Assembly: GCF_018977255.1 (NCBI RefSeq)
Contig: NW_024704743.1
Coordinates: forward strand, 102,054,001-102,118,000
Reading direction: 5' to 3'
DNA length: 64,000 nucleotides
Origin: Callorhinchus milii
Lineage: Eukaryota
Positions 39,804 to 53,150 of the stretch are shown here, one piece after another (the first letter of the stretch is position 1; every line of letters starts with the position of its first letter). Position numbers and translations under genes: made by a program. The notes beneath the pieces are model-generated. The model worked only from the letters and a program-made list of their open reading frames with translations, did not search any database and had not been told where the DNA came from.

Positions 39804-42800
39804 GGCCAAGGATCCCATATTCTTTTATATCAGCTCTATCAACCTGTCCCACCACATTCAAAGACCTGTGTATGTAAACTCTCTGGTGGCTCTGCTCCTG
39901 TACCTCCTTTAAAACTGTACCATTTAGTGTATATTGCCTCTCCTCATTCTTTCTCCCAGAGTGCATCATCTCACATTTTTCTGCATTAAACTTCATCTGC
40001 CATGTGTCTTCCCATTTCACGAGTCTGTCTATGTCCTCCTGCAGTCTGCTTCCGTTCTCCTCACCGTTTACTACATTCCCAAGTTTTATGTCATCTGCAA
40101 ACTTTAAAATGTTGCTCTGTATACCCAAGTCCAAGTCATTTATGTATATCAAAGAGGGCAGTTGACCTAATACTGGGGGATACCACTCTATAATTTCCAC
40201 TAGTCTGAAAAACAACCATTTACCACTCCCCTCTGCTTTCTGTCTCCTAGCCAATTTCATATTCATGCTGCCACTATCCCTTTTCTCCCATGGGGTTCAA
40301 TTTTGCTAGCTAATCTATTATGTGACACCTTATCAAACGCCTTCTGAAAGTTCATATACACTTCCTCAACTGCACTGTAATCAATCCTCTCCTTTATTTC
40401 ACCAAAAAACTCAATTAAGTTTGTCAGACACGATTTCCCTTAACAAATCTGTTTTGACTTTCATTAATTAACTTATGTTTTTCCAAATGAAAATTAATTA
40501 TGGTCTCCAGAAGTTTCTCCACCAACGACGTTAGGCTGACTGGCCTGTAGATATCAAATTTTTCCTCTCTCCTTTTTTGAACAAGCAGGGATGAAAAATT
40601 TGCAACCCTCCAGTCCTCAGGCACTACTCCCATATCCAAAGAGAATTGAAAGTTTGTGGCCAGAGCCTCTGCTATTTCTACCCTACCTTCCCTCAGCTAT
40701 CTAAGATGCATCCTGTCCAGACCAGGTGACTTTTCTACTTTGAGCGCTGCTAACCTTTTAAGTTCTTCCTCTCTATCTATTTTATCTTATCGAATTTCTC
40801 TACCCCCTCCTCCTTTACTGTGACTTTGGCGGCATTCTCTTTTGTGAAGACAGATGCAAAGTACTCATTCAATACCTCAGCCATGTCTGCTGCCTCCACA
40901 AGAAGTTTCCTTTTTGGGCCCTAATCGGTCCCACCCTTCCATTGACCATCCTTTTACTTTTTAAAAGCTTATAGAAGAAGTAAGTGTTCCCTCTTATGTT
41001 ACTCACGAATCTTTTCTCATATACTCTCTTTGCCCCTCTTATTTCCTTTTTTATTTCTCCTCTGCACTTTCTGCACTCTACTTCATTCTCTAATGTATTT
41101 TGAAACTGACATTTATCACACGCCATTTTTTCTGTTTCATTTTAATCCCAATTTCCTTAGTCATCCAGGGAGCTCCAGCTTTGGATGCCCCCCTTTCCCC
41201 GTCATGGGAATGTGTTTGGTCTGTACCCTAACTATTTCCTCCTTGAAGGCTCATTTACCATTTTACCCGTCAATCTTTGTATCCAATCTACCTGAGCCAG
41301 ATCCATTTTCAACTTACTGAAATTAGCCCTCTTCCAGTTGAGTACCTTCACCACTGATTGTTCATTGCCCCTTTCCATAACTACTCTAAACTTAATGAGA
41401 TTGTGATCACTGTTATACAGATGCTCTCCCACTGAAACCTGCTCCACTTGCCCCACTTCATTACCCAGGACTAGATCTAGCACTGCTTCCTTCCTTATTG
41501 GGCTGCAAACATATTGATCAAGAAAGTTCTCTTGAACACATTGTAGGAATTCTTCTCCTACTTTGCCCTTTATACTCGTTTCTTCACAGTCTATGCTAAG
41601 ATAATTGAAGTCCCTCATTATCACTCCTCTATTGTTTTTACACCTTTCTGAAATCTGCTTTCAGATTTGCTCCTCTATCTCCTTCCTACTATTTGATGGT
41701 CTATAGTACTGTAACAGCTCACCGTCTGCTCCTCAACTCCAACCAAATAGATTCTGTCTTTGAATCTTGTAGCACATCATCCCTTTTCAGGGATGTAACA
41801 GTATCTATGATCAGATGAGCAAGGGAGAAGGAGGAGGAGAGATGACCATTGGCGTGCTTGACGATGTACAGCATATGATGATGAAGGACAGGAATTAAAA
41901 AGTAAATAAACATTACATTTGATATAAAGTCTGTATGTTTTGTAGATGTACATGGGTGAGATCCAAGCCTTGAGTTCCTGAGAATAAAGATGTGTGTGGG
42001 TGGTGGGGGTGGGATCGAATGGAGGTGGTTATCATACAGGACAGTAAATCCTAATTGTGGATGCAGGGAATGCAGGAAGGAGGAAGAACATGTAGGAAAT
42101 CACACTTGGAGGTTCTGCTGAACAAGAGAGAAAAGTTCATAGAAGCAATTACCACAACAGTATCAATATAATTGAGAAATGTTCCACTTCAGGGATGGTT
42201 TAAGTGTCTAATCCTGGATATCGTTTTCCATTCTTTCACATCATTGAAGTATTACATCAGGTGGATACATTCCACAGTAATCATGATAACTTAGAATAAT
42301 GTCAACTAACATCTTATTGATGGTTGAATGTAAAAACACCAGGAAACAGTGGAGCTGAAAATGGGCGCAATCGTGTCAAGTCGTCGCTATACACTGTTAG
42401 TCAAATAAGTCACACTGAGGCGGTCGGTAAAATTTAGATAAGGTCAGCAAAGGTGATTTCAGGTTTCAGATCACTGAGCTGTAAAGAGAGGTGAATGATC
42501 TTCAATCTATTCTCATTACAAAAGACACGATCAAGGGGAAAACTTCTAAATTTGTTCCTGTGAAGATCAATAATATGGATGCGGCTAGAGGTTTTGTGCA
42601 AAATCAGGATAGAAAAGGCTTATGATATGATCATAAGCTAAAGAAGCCGCAAGCTAAAATCCTTGCATTTGATATAGTGCTATTCATATCGGGAAAACAT
42701 CTCAAAGTGCTTCACATAATTTACTGTAAATTGTAATAACTGTATAGTTGTAGGGAAATTCTGCAGTTAAATTGTACACATCAATATCCCACAAATAGTT

Positions 42801-44114
42801 GTGAAGTAAATGGTCATTATTATTATTAATAATAAGTGTCTCATACACAAAATATAGAGTTAATTCACTTTACAGTATACTCTGTGAATTGTTTTGAGAC
42901 ATCTCAACGATATGATAAGACGCTATGTCAAATGCAAGGATTATTATTATCAATTTTATCTGTGGAATTGTTGAACAGTACACAGGGCAAAATTCTCTTT
43001 CCCTTTTTGAGTATTGCCATGGGATCTTTAATATCCACCTGAATAAGTAGATGGGACCTTTAGTTAAACATTTAATTTGACTTAGTTTTCCTTATGCTGA
43101 GTTAGGGTTCCAAAGATGCCAGAAATCCTGTAGTACTTACTCCAAGTGATCCATTATTCATGGTGAGCCTAGACAATAAAGTTGGAGAATTGGACTCAAT
43201 TAGCTGATTCCCCATTCAGCAGGGAGTGGAAGAAACTGGACCTCAGAAAGAAGAAAAGTGCATTAAGGATGGGAAGTTAGGTGCTGAAATGGGACATCAA
43301 TGATACAGCAAGATTATTGAACTAAATTTCGTTCTCAATTTGCCATGGTCACCATTTAAATATCTTCCACTTCCTATGGAAGAGTTCCAGTAAAATTTGC
43401 AATAATATAAAGTGAAAATGCAATGTTTTATAACAGCTATCACTTCAAACCTGTTGAGAAGCAATAGAATTTCAGTGAATAATTATTGTATATTTTCAGG
43501 AGTGAACACCTATGTCTTCAGCAAAATGGTTGGGTTTGAAATCCCATTTACAGAATTTGTCTTACAGGATTCCCACTCAGTTGGCCTGATTCTTTTCCCA
43601 AACTTGGAACAGGTGTTTTATGGGAAATTGATTTAGTAAGCCACGGTATTCTAAAAAACAGCACTGAAACACAGATCTCAGTAATCCAAAGAGTAAAAGG
43701 TGGGCTGAAATCTTTGGCCCCATCTATTGTGCTGAGGGTTTCGGGGAGGGGGTGTCTGTAACTGAAAACATTCTATAATACTCAACTGAAATGATGCTGT
43801 TTCTTAACCATCACACCACGTCTGCTTGGTAACGTTACATTTTTCACTCTTATTTCCTCACAAGCAGAACCTGTTCAGATTCACTGGAACATTCAAAAAT
43901 TTAATCAATTTAGAAGTGCTTATATTATCATCATCAATTTAATCATTTAAAACATAATGGTAGATTAAACATACAAATAACTCACATTTTTATATCTTGT
44001 CAAAACATCTCAAAGAGCTTCACAGGCAACTACAGTCAAGTGCGGTGACTTTACGTACGAAGTTCTTTAGCATCAATTTAAGATCATTAGCAAACATGCA
44101 AATGAAAATTTAAG

Positions 44115-44428
44115 ATCATTTTTTTCATGACAGAGTAGTTAGGAAATGAAAAGTGCCGGAGCAGTGGTTGAGGCAAAATCCATATGAGCTTTCAAAAGGG
44201 AACTAGATACATACCTGAAAAGGAGTCAACTATTGGGGTATAGGGAAAGGGCGAACTGGTAGTATTGTCCTTTAAAAGCCAGCACATATACAATAATAAT
44301 AATAATCCTTGCATTTGATATAGCGCTTTTCATGTCAGGAGGACATCCCAAAGCGCTTCACAGAACACACTGTAAAGTGAATTGACAATGGGCCGAATAG
44401 TCTTCTACTGTCCTGTAAATTTCTATAT
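44115..44428 (+). mobile_element. CR1 3' stub split by a minus-strand SINE tail (about 44293-44386)
   Basis: agccagcaca...[SINE]...caatgggccgaatagtcttctactgtcctgtaaatttctat. Confidence 0.7.
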
Positions 44429-45125
44429 TTTTAGTAGGGTTCCAAGGCAACCATGAGGTGAGCGATCAACTTATTTTGGAAGCCTATTATCCAGGATAAT
44501 GGGATAAAGTTTCTTTCTTTCCTAATAATACTCAAGGTTGGTAAATTTACCAGCCATTTGTAAATCAGACTTGTGCTGTTGGGAAGATTACTTATACTTA
44601 CTTTGGTTCAAGATTGTTAAAGGCAATTTCAGTTTTCTGTAGGTGTACACCACAGACAATTTGCTCAAAGCAATGTCCCACACAGCCGCGAAGTGAACAA
44701 TTTTGTCCGGGGGACTGTGGATCTGGACGTTGGAATAGTTTTAGTATTGTGCCAGAGAATGGCATCCAACATTCCAGTGCAGTACTCCCTCAGTTGAGTT
44801 TAGATCCCAGCATTTGTCTTAATGGATTCAGTACAATATCTAAAACATTCATAAATAGAAGTTGAATAGCTCTTTTTCCCACTTTTTTTCCAAATGTTGA
44901 CTTTCTTAAAAAAATAATTTTCCAGTTCCATTTTGACTCTACTCACTTGCCTTCTCAAGGTCTCTTTGAAGTTGTATCATGGTGAATGTTGCATATCAAT
45001 TAAAGAAAATTGAGAGTTGTACGGCTTGTTTATCACTTGTACAGTTGAACTGTTAGGAACATAGAAACAATAGGGAAAGGAAAAGCAGGACCAGGAGAAA
45101 GCCATTCAGCCCATCAAGCCAAGCC

Positions 45126-45127
<2 letters not shown>

Positions 45128-45166
<39 letters not shown>
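45128..45166. repeat. (TTA)13 microsatellite
   Basis: Direct reading. Confidence 0.95.
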
Positions 45167-45167
<1 letters not shown>

Positions 45168-45439
45168 CTTATCAGATATTTTAATCCAAATGCTCTTCTT
45201 TTGTCATAAAGCACTTTACACCTCCAATACTCAAGTTTCTAACTTCTTATAAGGTATGGAAGTCTCAAAGGATAGAAACTTGTTGTGAGATATGCCATTC
45301 CAACAAGTCTACTATCCTCTGAATTAGTATTATTATGAACACCTGTGCTATCCTGCCTGAGGGAATTTTGGGTCCTCAGTGTATAAAAAAGTGCATGATG
45401 ACAGGAATTCTTCCCACTCAGTTCCTGGTAACATTGCAA

Positions 45440-45752
45440 GCCAAAGCCTTAATGGGTAGGGGGATCCTAGATGGACAAGTAGTGGGGAACTTGCCAAACA
45501 GTGCTTTCAATTGTAAACTATGCAATTTTAGCTGGTTAAACTCCAGCAGGACTCCAACGCATAAGCTGCGATCTTCAAGAATTAGCTGTTTCCAGTCTAC
45601 TACTCTCCAGAATTAGGTAAGCTGGAAGAGAGTGCAGAGTTCATTCCAATACATAAGAATTTCCATGTGTAGATGGAATGCATGAAACTCTCAGTCTGGT
45701 TTGGATGGTGATGGGTTTCTGCATGTGTCAAATGCCCATTTAACGAAAAAAA
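45440..45752 (+). repeat. Unclassified dispersed repeat, copy 3
   Basis: tactactctccagaattaggtaagc identical at 45598 and 48920; shared tggtttggat...tgggtttctgcat. Confidence 0.7.
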
Positions 45753-47062
45753 GGCAATTGTAATCTGGAAAAACATACAATTTTTCACTTGCTTCTGATC
45801 CAGTCTCTAAATCCCTTGTGAGCAAAATGCATTCCTATAAAGTGAAGCTGAGTATTCAAGTGAAACTATTTTCTGTAGCAAGAAGTCAATGAATTTGTTT
45901 CTTTTTCAAGAAGTTGAAAGCACTGGAAAAGAAAATGAATGCTCTGTGCAGAGATTCCATGTTTGGTTGACCCAGAACAACTCAACATTTTAGCTTGAGA
46001 AGTTGCTGGGAGATATCTTTGACTTTGAAAATAAATATTGGTCCCTTTGTATAAAATATGAATCTTCCAATATATCCTGTTACAGACTACTGTGGATGGA
46101 TCAATTCCATCCTAGACAGTCTGAGCTAAAGATTTTTCAATACATTAGCTTGTGAGTAAGTGAGGGAAGGTAAATGTATCACACATTTAAAAGCAATGAC
46201 TATTTAGTGCTAACTATTATTGTCGCTCGTAAAATGATTTTGAATTTCACAAACTTTAAACTAAAACATTATTGGGGTGAAAAATGAGTTTAATAATAGA
46301 TTCAATGTGACAATTATCACATGAAATTCTGTATTTTCACCCTTTGTCACCTCCCATATTGCAATTTTCCTGCCACCTTTTTCTTCTAAACCCAATGTTA
46401 TTTCCATGCACATACACACTGCAGTGTCTTTTTCTCAGCATTATAAATTGACGTTACATTAGATTTTCAGAACAAAGATATACAGACATATTTTCACACC
46501 TTTAATTACAGTTATTGTTTAGGGATCAGTGTAAGTTACTGATTTTTATTTGAGACTAAGAAAGTCAATAGGAATAAGTGCTGTAGCCAAAATGAATAAG
46601 AAGAATAGGTTTGATCAGCTTATGCTGCTTCTATATTTTGAATTTGTCTACAAAGGCTGCTTGTCTCTTGAAGAAATTCTGATTCGAAAATAAGAGATTT
46701 TCTCAGTGCTAATTTAGGCTGGTGTTAATTATCTAATCACTGCATATTTTACCTCTTTGTGGTAAATTTTGCAACATTTTCTAACATTCAATGTTATAAA
46801 TTGATGTAAACAAACAAAGAATTTTTGTGGATAACTATCAACTGGTAATGAAACCCCAAGAATTTGGCACAATAGTTTGCTCCATAGGTGTTTTGAAAGT
46901 TGCTCAGCTTCTACCTCTGATCTTGGTCGAGATACCGTGTGACTAAAATGTAATTTGTGAGCTGAGAGCAAGCATCTGAATGTCACTTTGCTTAACTCAT
47001 TTGATTTTGTATTTGTGGATGATCAAATGAACCATTCTCTGGCATCAGCAGCATAGTTCGCT

Positions 47063-47849
47063 ATCCTCTCCTCAAACTCCAACTTCGAGGAGATGCTGGA
47101 CTTCCTCAAATCTAAAATCGAGGGGATAAGTTCAGCCACCTCAGTCCCATCCACAGCCACCCCCACATCACCTCTCCCTCATGACCCACCCACCACCCAT
47201 CCCGCCCTATACTCCTTCAACCCTCTCTCTCCCTCCTCCCTCACCACGGCTGTCCGCAAACTCAAACCCACTACCTGCTTCCTAGATCCCATCCCCACCT
47301 TTCTCCTCATCTCCCAGCTCCACCTTCTGGCCCTCCTCCTGTCCGATGTCATCAACCTCTCCCTGTCCACCGGTTCAGTTCCCACCCTCCGAAAAACGGC
47401 CGTCATCACCCCCATCCTGAGAAAACCTTCCCTGGATCCATCCTTCCTCTCCAGCTACTGCCCCATCTCTAACCTCCCATTCCTCTCCAAGGTCCGGGAA
47501 CGAGTCGTCGTGTCCCAGCTCCGCTTGTTTCTCTCTCGCCATTCCCTCTTTGAACCCCTCCAATCCGGCTTCCGCGCTGCCCACAGCACAGAAACAGTTC
47601 TGGTCAAAATCACTAATGACATTCTGAACATCTGTGATCAGGGCTCCCTCTGCCTCCTTGTCCTCCTCGACCTCTCTGCCGCCTTCGACACTGTCGACCA
47701 ATCCATCCTCATACACCACCTCTCCTCCTTACTTAATCTTCATGGATTTGCCCTTGCCTGGTTCAATTCCTATCTCTCTCACCATCTCAGTGCCTTGGGA
47801 CATCCTCCCGACATGAAAGGCACTCTACAAATGTAATCTTGTTGTTGTT
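47063..47849 (+). mobile_element. Internally deleted L2 (mid-ORF and RT N-terminal half joined to the 3' tail)
   Basis: [42 protein letters not shown], then cagtgccttggga tail at 47788. Confidence 0.92.
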
Positions 47850-48479
47850 ATAGAGATCTTCGAGCCCAACCATTATGCTGAAGTTGGGGGAGTCATTAGA
47901 CCCAATGATTAAGTATTTGGTAAATTGATGGAGTCAATTATTAGTAAGGAGATTGTAGAAGTATGCAAGATATTAAATGGAACAAAGAAAACCTTATTTT
48001 TAGATATGTTAAGGAAGCAGGATAAAAGGTTACAGGTACAGAGTTGTGAAGAGCAAGTTTAGAGTACCCTCAAAAAAGCTTTTTTTTTACACTGTGGATA
48101 TTCAAAGATTGAAACAGGTTAAAAGGACGAGTTGATGTGGCTGGATCATTTAAGAATCAGCTTATTGCTGTAATGGGAAGAAAGTAGTGAGCTATTCTGA
48201 AAGGTTAGATTGAAAAGCGAAAGGACCTTATTCTGTGCTTCTCAGTCTGGGATAATGTAATGGCCCCAACAGCCTGCACTAGGACCTTTATCTCTTACAA
48301 TATTCAACAATAATTTGGACATGATCATAGGAGGATAATATCCAAGTTCACTAATGACAGTAAAGTAGGTGGATTGGCAAATCCTGCGATGGATTGCATA
48401 GGATTTCATAAAAATTTGATAGGCTAGAGAAATGGTTGGACAAATTGTAGATGCAGATTGATACATATATGTATAAGAT

Positions 48480-49111
48480 ACTCTATGGCCATCTCAGTAG
48501 TCCGATTCCTGAATCCCAGTACTCCAGGCAGCCAGATGGCAAGCAGCCAGCTTGGTTAATCAGCAGGACTTGGAGGGGCCAATCAGTCACTGGGAGCAGT
48601 GATTCTTCCATTTAAATAAAATAGTAATAATAATTTGGTCACTCAATCCACGACTGTTTGTGGAATACTGCTATACTCAACTGGCTACCACATTTCGCCC
48701 ACAAAATATAGAGTCAATTCATTTTACAGTATATTCTGTAAAGTGCTTTGAGACATCTCAAAGACATGATAAGGCACTATATCAAATGCAAGGATTATTA
48801 TTATTATTAAAAATCCTGCAAGACTAGCAAACAGTGGGAAGCTTGCCATCCAATGGCAAACAATGCAGTTTTAGCTTGTTAGACTCCAGCAATATCCTTA
48901 ATTCTTGTAAATCTGTGCTTACTACTCTCCAGAATTAGGTAAGCAAGATGTGTCCCTCTCAGGAGAGAGTGAACATTCAATTCCAGACAAAGGGAAATTT
49001 CCATATATAGGTGGCATACGAATGTGGATCTTTCAGTTTGGTTTGGATACTCTTAAGCTTGTTAATGGGTTTCTGCATTTGTCAGATAGCCGGCTGACCA
49101 CGGAAAAAATC
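48480..49111 (+). repeat. Unclassified dispersed repeat, copy 4, split by a SINE 3' half (about 48620-48809)
   Basis: Colinear with 45440-45752 and with the reverse of 25600-25850 and 27000-27445. Confidence 0.65.
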
Positions 49112-50139
49112 ACTTCATGCTTAAACCAACAGCACATTTCACAATTATCGGAAGCAGATGGTTACTTTCAATAATGGCACTTGAAACTGGCTACCTTTTG
49201 TTGAATCAGCAGGGAAGCAGTAGACTTCAGATGGAATGGCTCTCGGCAGCACTGAGGAAGCCATGTTGTAGCCTTCTTGGCCAAGTGCAGGAGAAACAGT
49301 CGTTATCCATCTTAATGATGTGCCCACAATCTGAATCTTACTCAGAACATAAACAACCTCAAATAACAACCCCCATCCACCCAGTGATAGCTACCGATAC
49401 ATCTATTCTAGTTATATGCTGTTATAATGGAACAACTTCATATTTCAGTGAGACTTGGATATTATTCTATGACTGGTGGAAAAATGAGCTGCACTAACTA
49501 TCATTTGTTTTCGGTATCTGTTAGAAAAAACAGACCGGAGCATTCCAAGAACTGCTGTAATTTAACTTTGTCTTGTTACAGTGATGGCCACACAGATTGT
49601 CGTAAATCTTCCATTATTTCCACTGTTAAAATGTTTGTGATCCTCTTTTGGTATTAGTTCATATCTATCTCTATTGCATGACATCTTCACTTGCCATTCT
49701 CCTTAGTGGTGAAGAAATTTAAGGTAAGAAGTTTTATTGTCAATTTGTCAATATAAAAATTTAAATATCTCTGGAATATCTTTCAAATATTGCTGCCCTT
49801 CCTAACAGGAAGATATCTTACATACATGTTGAATGTTCAAGTTCCATCAATCTACAAATATTGTTCTTTTATGCTGTTTTCACTGATGGAAATAGCTATT
49901 ATGCTTTGTGATTAGGAGTTCCTCTCTTCTAGCCAAATGATAAAGATTTATTGATCCCATGACTGTCTGCAATGTTTTTGGAATATTGGATTTGAGCACA
50001 AGATTGACAGTGGAGGGTTTGCAAGGCAAGCATAAAAAGGCATACAATATAAAATACAATACAACATTATTTTTTTAATTTAATTTTAATTATTATTTAA
50101 TGTAATAATCGCAATAATTCCTCAAGGAAAAAGCAATAA

Positions 50140-50450
50140 TAAAATTGGTCACTTCAATCCATGACTGTTTGTGGGACACTCCTGTGCGCAATTGGCTGCC
50201 ACATTTCACTCACAAATATAGTCAATTCACTTTACAGTCTATTTTGTGAAGCGCTTTTCACATTGGGAGGACATCCCAAGGTTCTGGACAATCAGGGATT
50301 TGGACCCGAGCAGGGTGTGGGAGTTAGAATCAGGGAGGGTGGAGGGCAGGTAGGGTAGGAGGGTGTCGAAGGTGCGGTCAAAGAGGAGGGTCTTGAGACA
50401 TGCCATGAAGGAGGCAAGAGAGGGAGCGAGGCGAGTGGGATGGAGATCCT
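50140..50450. mobile_element. SINE 3' half (+) fused tail-to-tail with an L2 3' fragment (-)
   Basis: Junction lies within AAGCGCTT at 50249-50256; the L2 part reads RLAPSLASFMACLKTLLFDRTF. Confidence 0.8.
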
Positions 50451-51530
50451 TAGCCTGAGAGCCTACATAATAAAATAAAAATAAACCGTTCATTTGGTAT
50501 AATGCCTTTCACGTTGGGAGAATGTCTCAAAGTACGTCATAAGGTTTATGTTGACTGTGTATTTGTATGTGAACAATGCAGCACAATTACACACAGCAGT
50601 ATCCCCCCGAGAGCCACAGAACACATGACCAATTGTATTTGGGGATTGTTGGCTAGGACCGTGGGAGAGCTCCATTCACATGTCAAGATAGATTGTATGA
50701 ATTCAACGTCCCGATGTGGGGCTTGATCCCACAATCATCTGACAAGAATGCTACCAGCTGAACCAGGCTGACAATTAAATTTCAACTCCGTGGAGAGAGA
50801 GATGGAAAAAACTTTCATTTTTCTATGATTCATCCATTTCTTTCTTGTGATCTTGTAACTTAACAGATGGTCTTTTCCGGTCCTATGCATTCTGTTGTTC
50901 CTATTTGCTTTGCCCACACTGTCGAAAAGTGCCCATTAGATTAGATTTTATGGCTGGATGCAAAATAACATTAAAAAAAAGACTTTGCAGAGTCCTCTTT
51001 TCCAACCAATGACACCTGACATTATTGCAAAAGTAGGAGCTGCAGAGTGACATAATGCAGATGCAAAACACATGCCAAAGAACTGCCAGAAGAGCTGCAA
51101 TTGTCTTATTAAAAATATATTTGCATATTTGTGGAAGTTAATGCACACACAGTTTACATAACTTCAAACAGAGTTACGACTATTGGTATTCTTTTAACTT
51201 CTAGTCAGCTGAGTTAAAGCAGAACTAAATGCATCCAAAATGAATCAAGTATTTTGTCAAATCTGGTTAACTCTTCCTTACCAGTAATTTACAATATTGT
51301 CACTACTGACAAACTGCCTGCCATAGGCATCTCAACTTTGTTGTTCAATGATAGGTAATATTAACAGTGCATACCAGCAAGTGTTGTGCCTCCTCTATTT
51401 GCTTTGTTGGCATAATCTGTAAATTTGCAACCTCCAGAATTGACTGTTCACATATGGCATGAAACATGGGAGATGTTATCTGATAATTATCAGATTGTTG
51501 ATAAATATGGGCAGACTAAAGATTGTTGCA

Positions 51531-52200
51531 ACAAGAACAACTACTTGTATTTATATAGTGGCTTTCATGTAAGATAGTGTCTCAGAGCTAACTGCTTCAC
51601 ATTGGTGGGGTTGGAAGCTGAGCAAGGGAGAATAGGGAGGTGACCATTGGCGCAGTTGAAGAGATTTAAGGTGGAATTTCAACACAGATAGAGATGGGGT
51701 TTGGTGGGAAAACAGAGGGAACTATAAACTCCAGACAATAGGACCATAATGACTGAAGATATGGCCACCAATGGTGGCGTAGAAGTTAGTTAAGCAGAGA
51801 GGACGAGCAGAGAATAGAGTACAAGAAAGATCAGAGGGAAGAGGGAAGATGTTGGGGCACAAATAGGTACATAAGGTTGAAGATCTTGAAGTCAATCTGT
51901 TGGGAGACAAACAGCCAGTGGAGCCTGACAAGAATTGGGGTGATGGACAAATTGAGTTTGGTGCAGGTGAAGATGTGAGCGGTGAAATTTGGATAAGCAA
52001 AATATTGTGGATGGTGGAACTGAGGAGACCAGGGAGGAGTGCACTAAAGAACATAAGGTTGGAGATAACAATTGTAGGTAAGAGTTTTTATGGCATTTTG
52101 GGTAGGGTTGTAGTCAGGCAATATATTGGAGAAAAAATGTAGTCCTGGTCAGGGATCGAATATGAGAAAGGAAGGAGTGCTGAGGATCAAACAATTCACT
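51531..52200 (-). mobile_element. Old L2 fragment
   Basis: ATIGGHIFSHYGPIVWSL; gaagatcttgaagtcaatctg...cagccagtggag in antisense. Confidence 0.65.
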
Positions 52201-52794
52201 GATGCTGTACATTGATTTAGTGAATTTGAGAAAGAGTTGCAAATGAAATTCCTTTCTCAACATTATTCCAATGCTTGGGTACGTAGCCATCTTGCCGCTG
52301 TCATTGGTGTCACCAGTTGCGGAACGTAGAAATTGCGTACCAGCCTGATTTCTTTGAGTTAAGCTTGAATAATAATTCTTAAAGTTGATATAGCATCTTT
52401 CATGGCAGATGGGTGTCTGAAAGCAATTCACATTACCTATTGTAAAGTATAGTGACTGCGTATGTTGTAGGTGCACACAGCAGCCAGTTTACAATAGCAA
52501 TATCCCACAAACAGCCTGCAAACCTGCAATCAAATATTACATTCCACGGCTGACTGCTCTAATAAAAACTGGGTTCAGGTCTGCTCACTGTTCTGCATTT
52601 GAAGAGAGGAAATCCCACCAGTCCAAAATTATCAACTGCTCAACCACATGTACCATAGATGCAATAATTAACACCAGTCGCAGTTGTCACATCATATTTT
52701 GCAATTTTTACCCATACAAAATAATACCCTAGCATCTGGCAATTACATTCATTGTCCAGATTTAATTTTGGAAGTCATTCCAAGAATTATTATT

Positions 52795-53150
52795 AATAAT
52801 AATAATCCTTGCATTTGATATAGCGCCTTATCACATCTTTGAGATGTCTCAAAGTGCTTCACAGAATATACTGTAAAGTGAATTGACTATATTTTGTGGG
52901 CGAAATGCGGCAGCCAATTATGCACAGCAGTTTCGCACAAACAATTGTGGATTGAAGTGACCAATTTATTATTATTTTTTGAAGGAATTAATACCCCTGG
53001 AAAAGTTTGTCAATCAATTGGGTTCCTACTTATTGCTAGATAAACAGATGCATGTGGAATAAGGAAACTTGACCAACATTTCGCCCTGTCGGGAATCGAA
53101 CCCAGGTCTCTCACTTGCGAGGCGAGTGCTCTAACCACTGAGCTACAGGA
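52795..53150 (-). mobile_element. tRNA-Ala-derived SINE, long form
   Basis: Anticodon arm ctcgc-ctcgcaa-gtgag; extreme 5' end missing. Confidence 0.9.

Larger units (their letters stand above)
38515..41812 (-). mobile_element. CR1 LINE, 5'-truncated, decayed ORF2 (endonuclease + RT), interrupted by a solo LTR
   Basis: TESIWLEL, IMRDFNY, AVLDLVL, SDHNLI (APE); VPEDWRVAN, YRPVSLTS, IYINDLD, KFADD (RT); EGMQRRFTRMV; ATTCTATG tail. Confidence 0.93.

Noticed and set aside
39637..40266. 209-aa ORF as a CR1-LTR fusion gene
   Set aside because: Decayed CR1 RT with deletions reading by chance into the antisense LTR
46274..46343. Short inverted repeat gggtgaaaa...ttttcaccc as a MITE
   Set aside because: Only about 10 bp, no clear TSD; insufficient support
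49702..49718. 17-nt micro-exon (ctccttag|...aag|gtaaga)
   Set aside because: Such motif pairs are expected by chance in 64 kb, and there is no supporting gene structure
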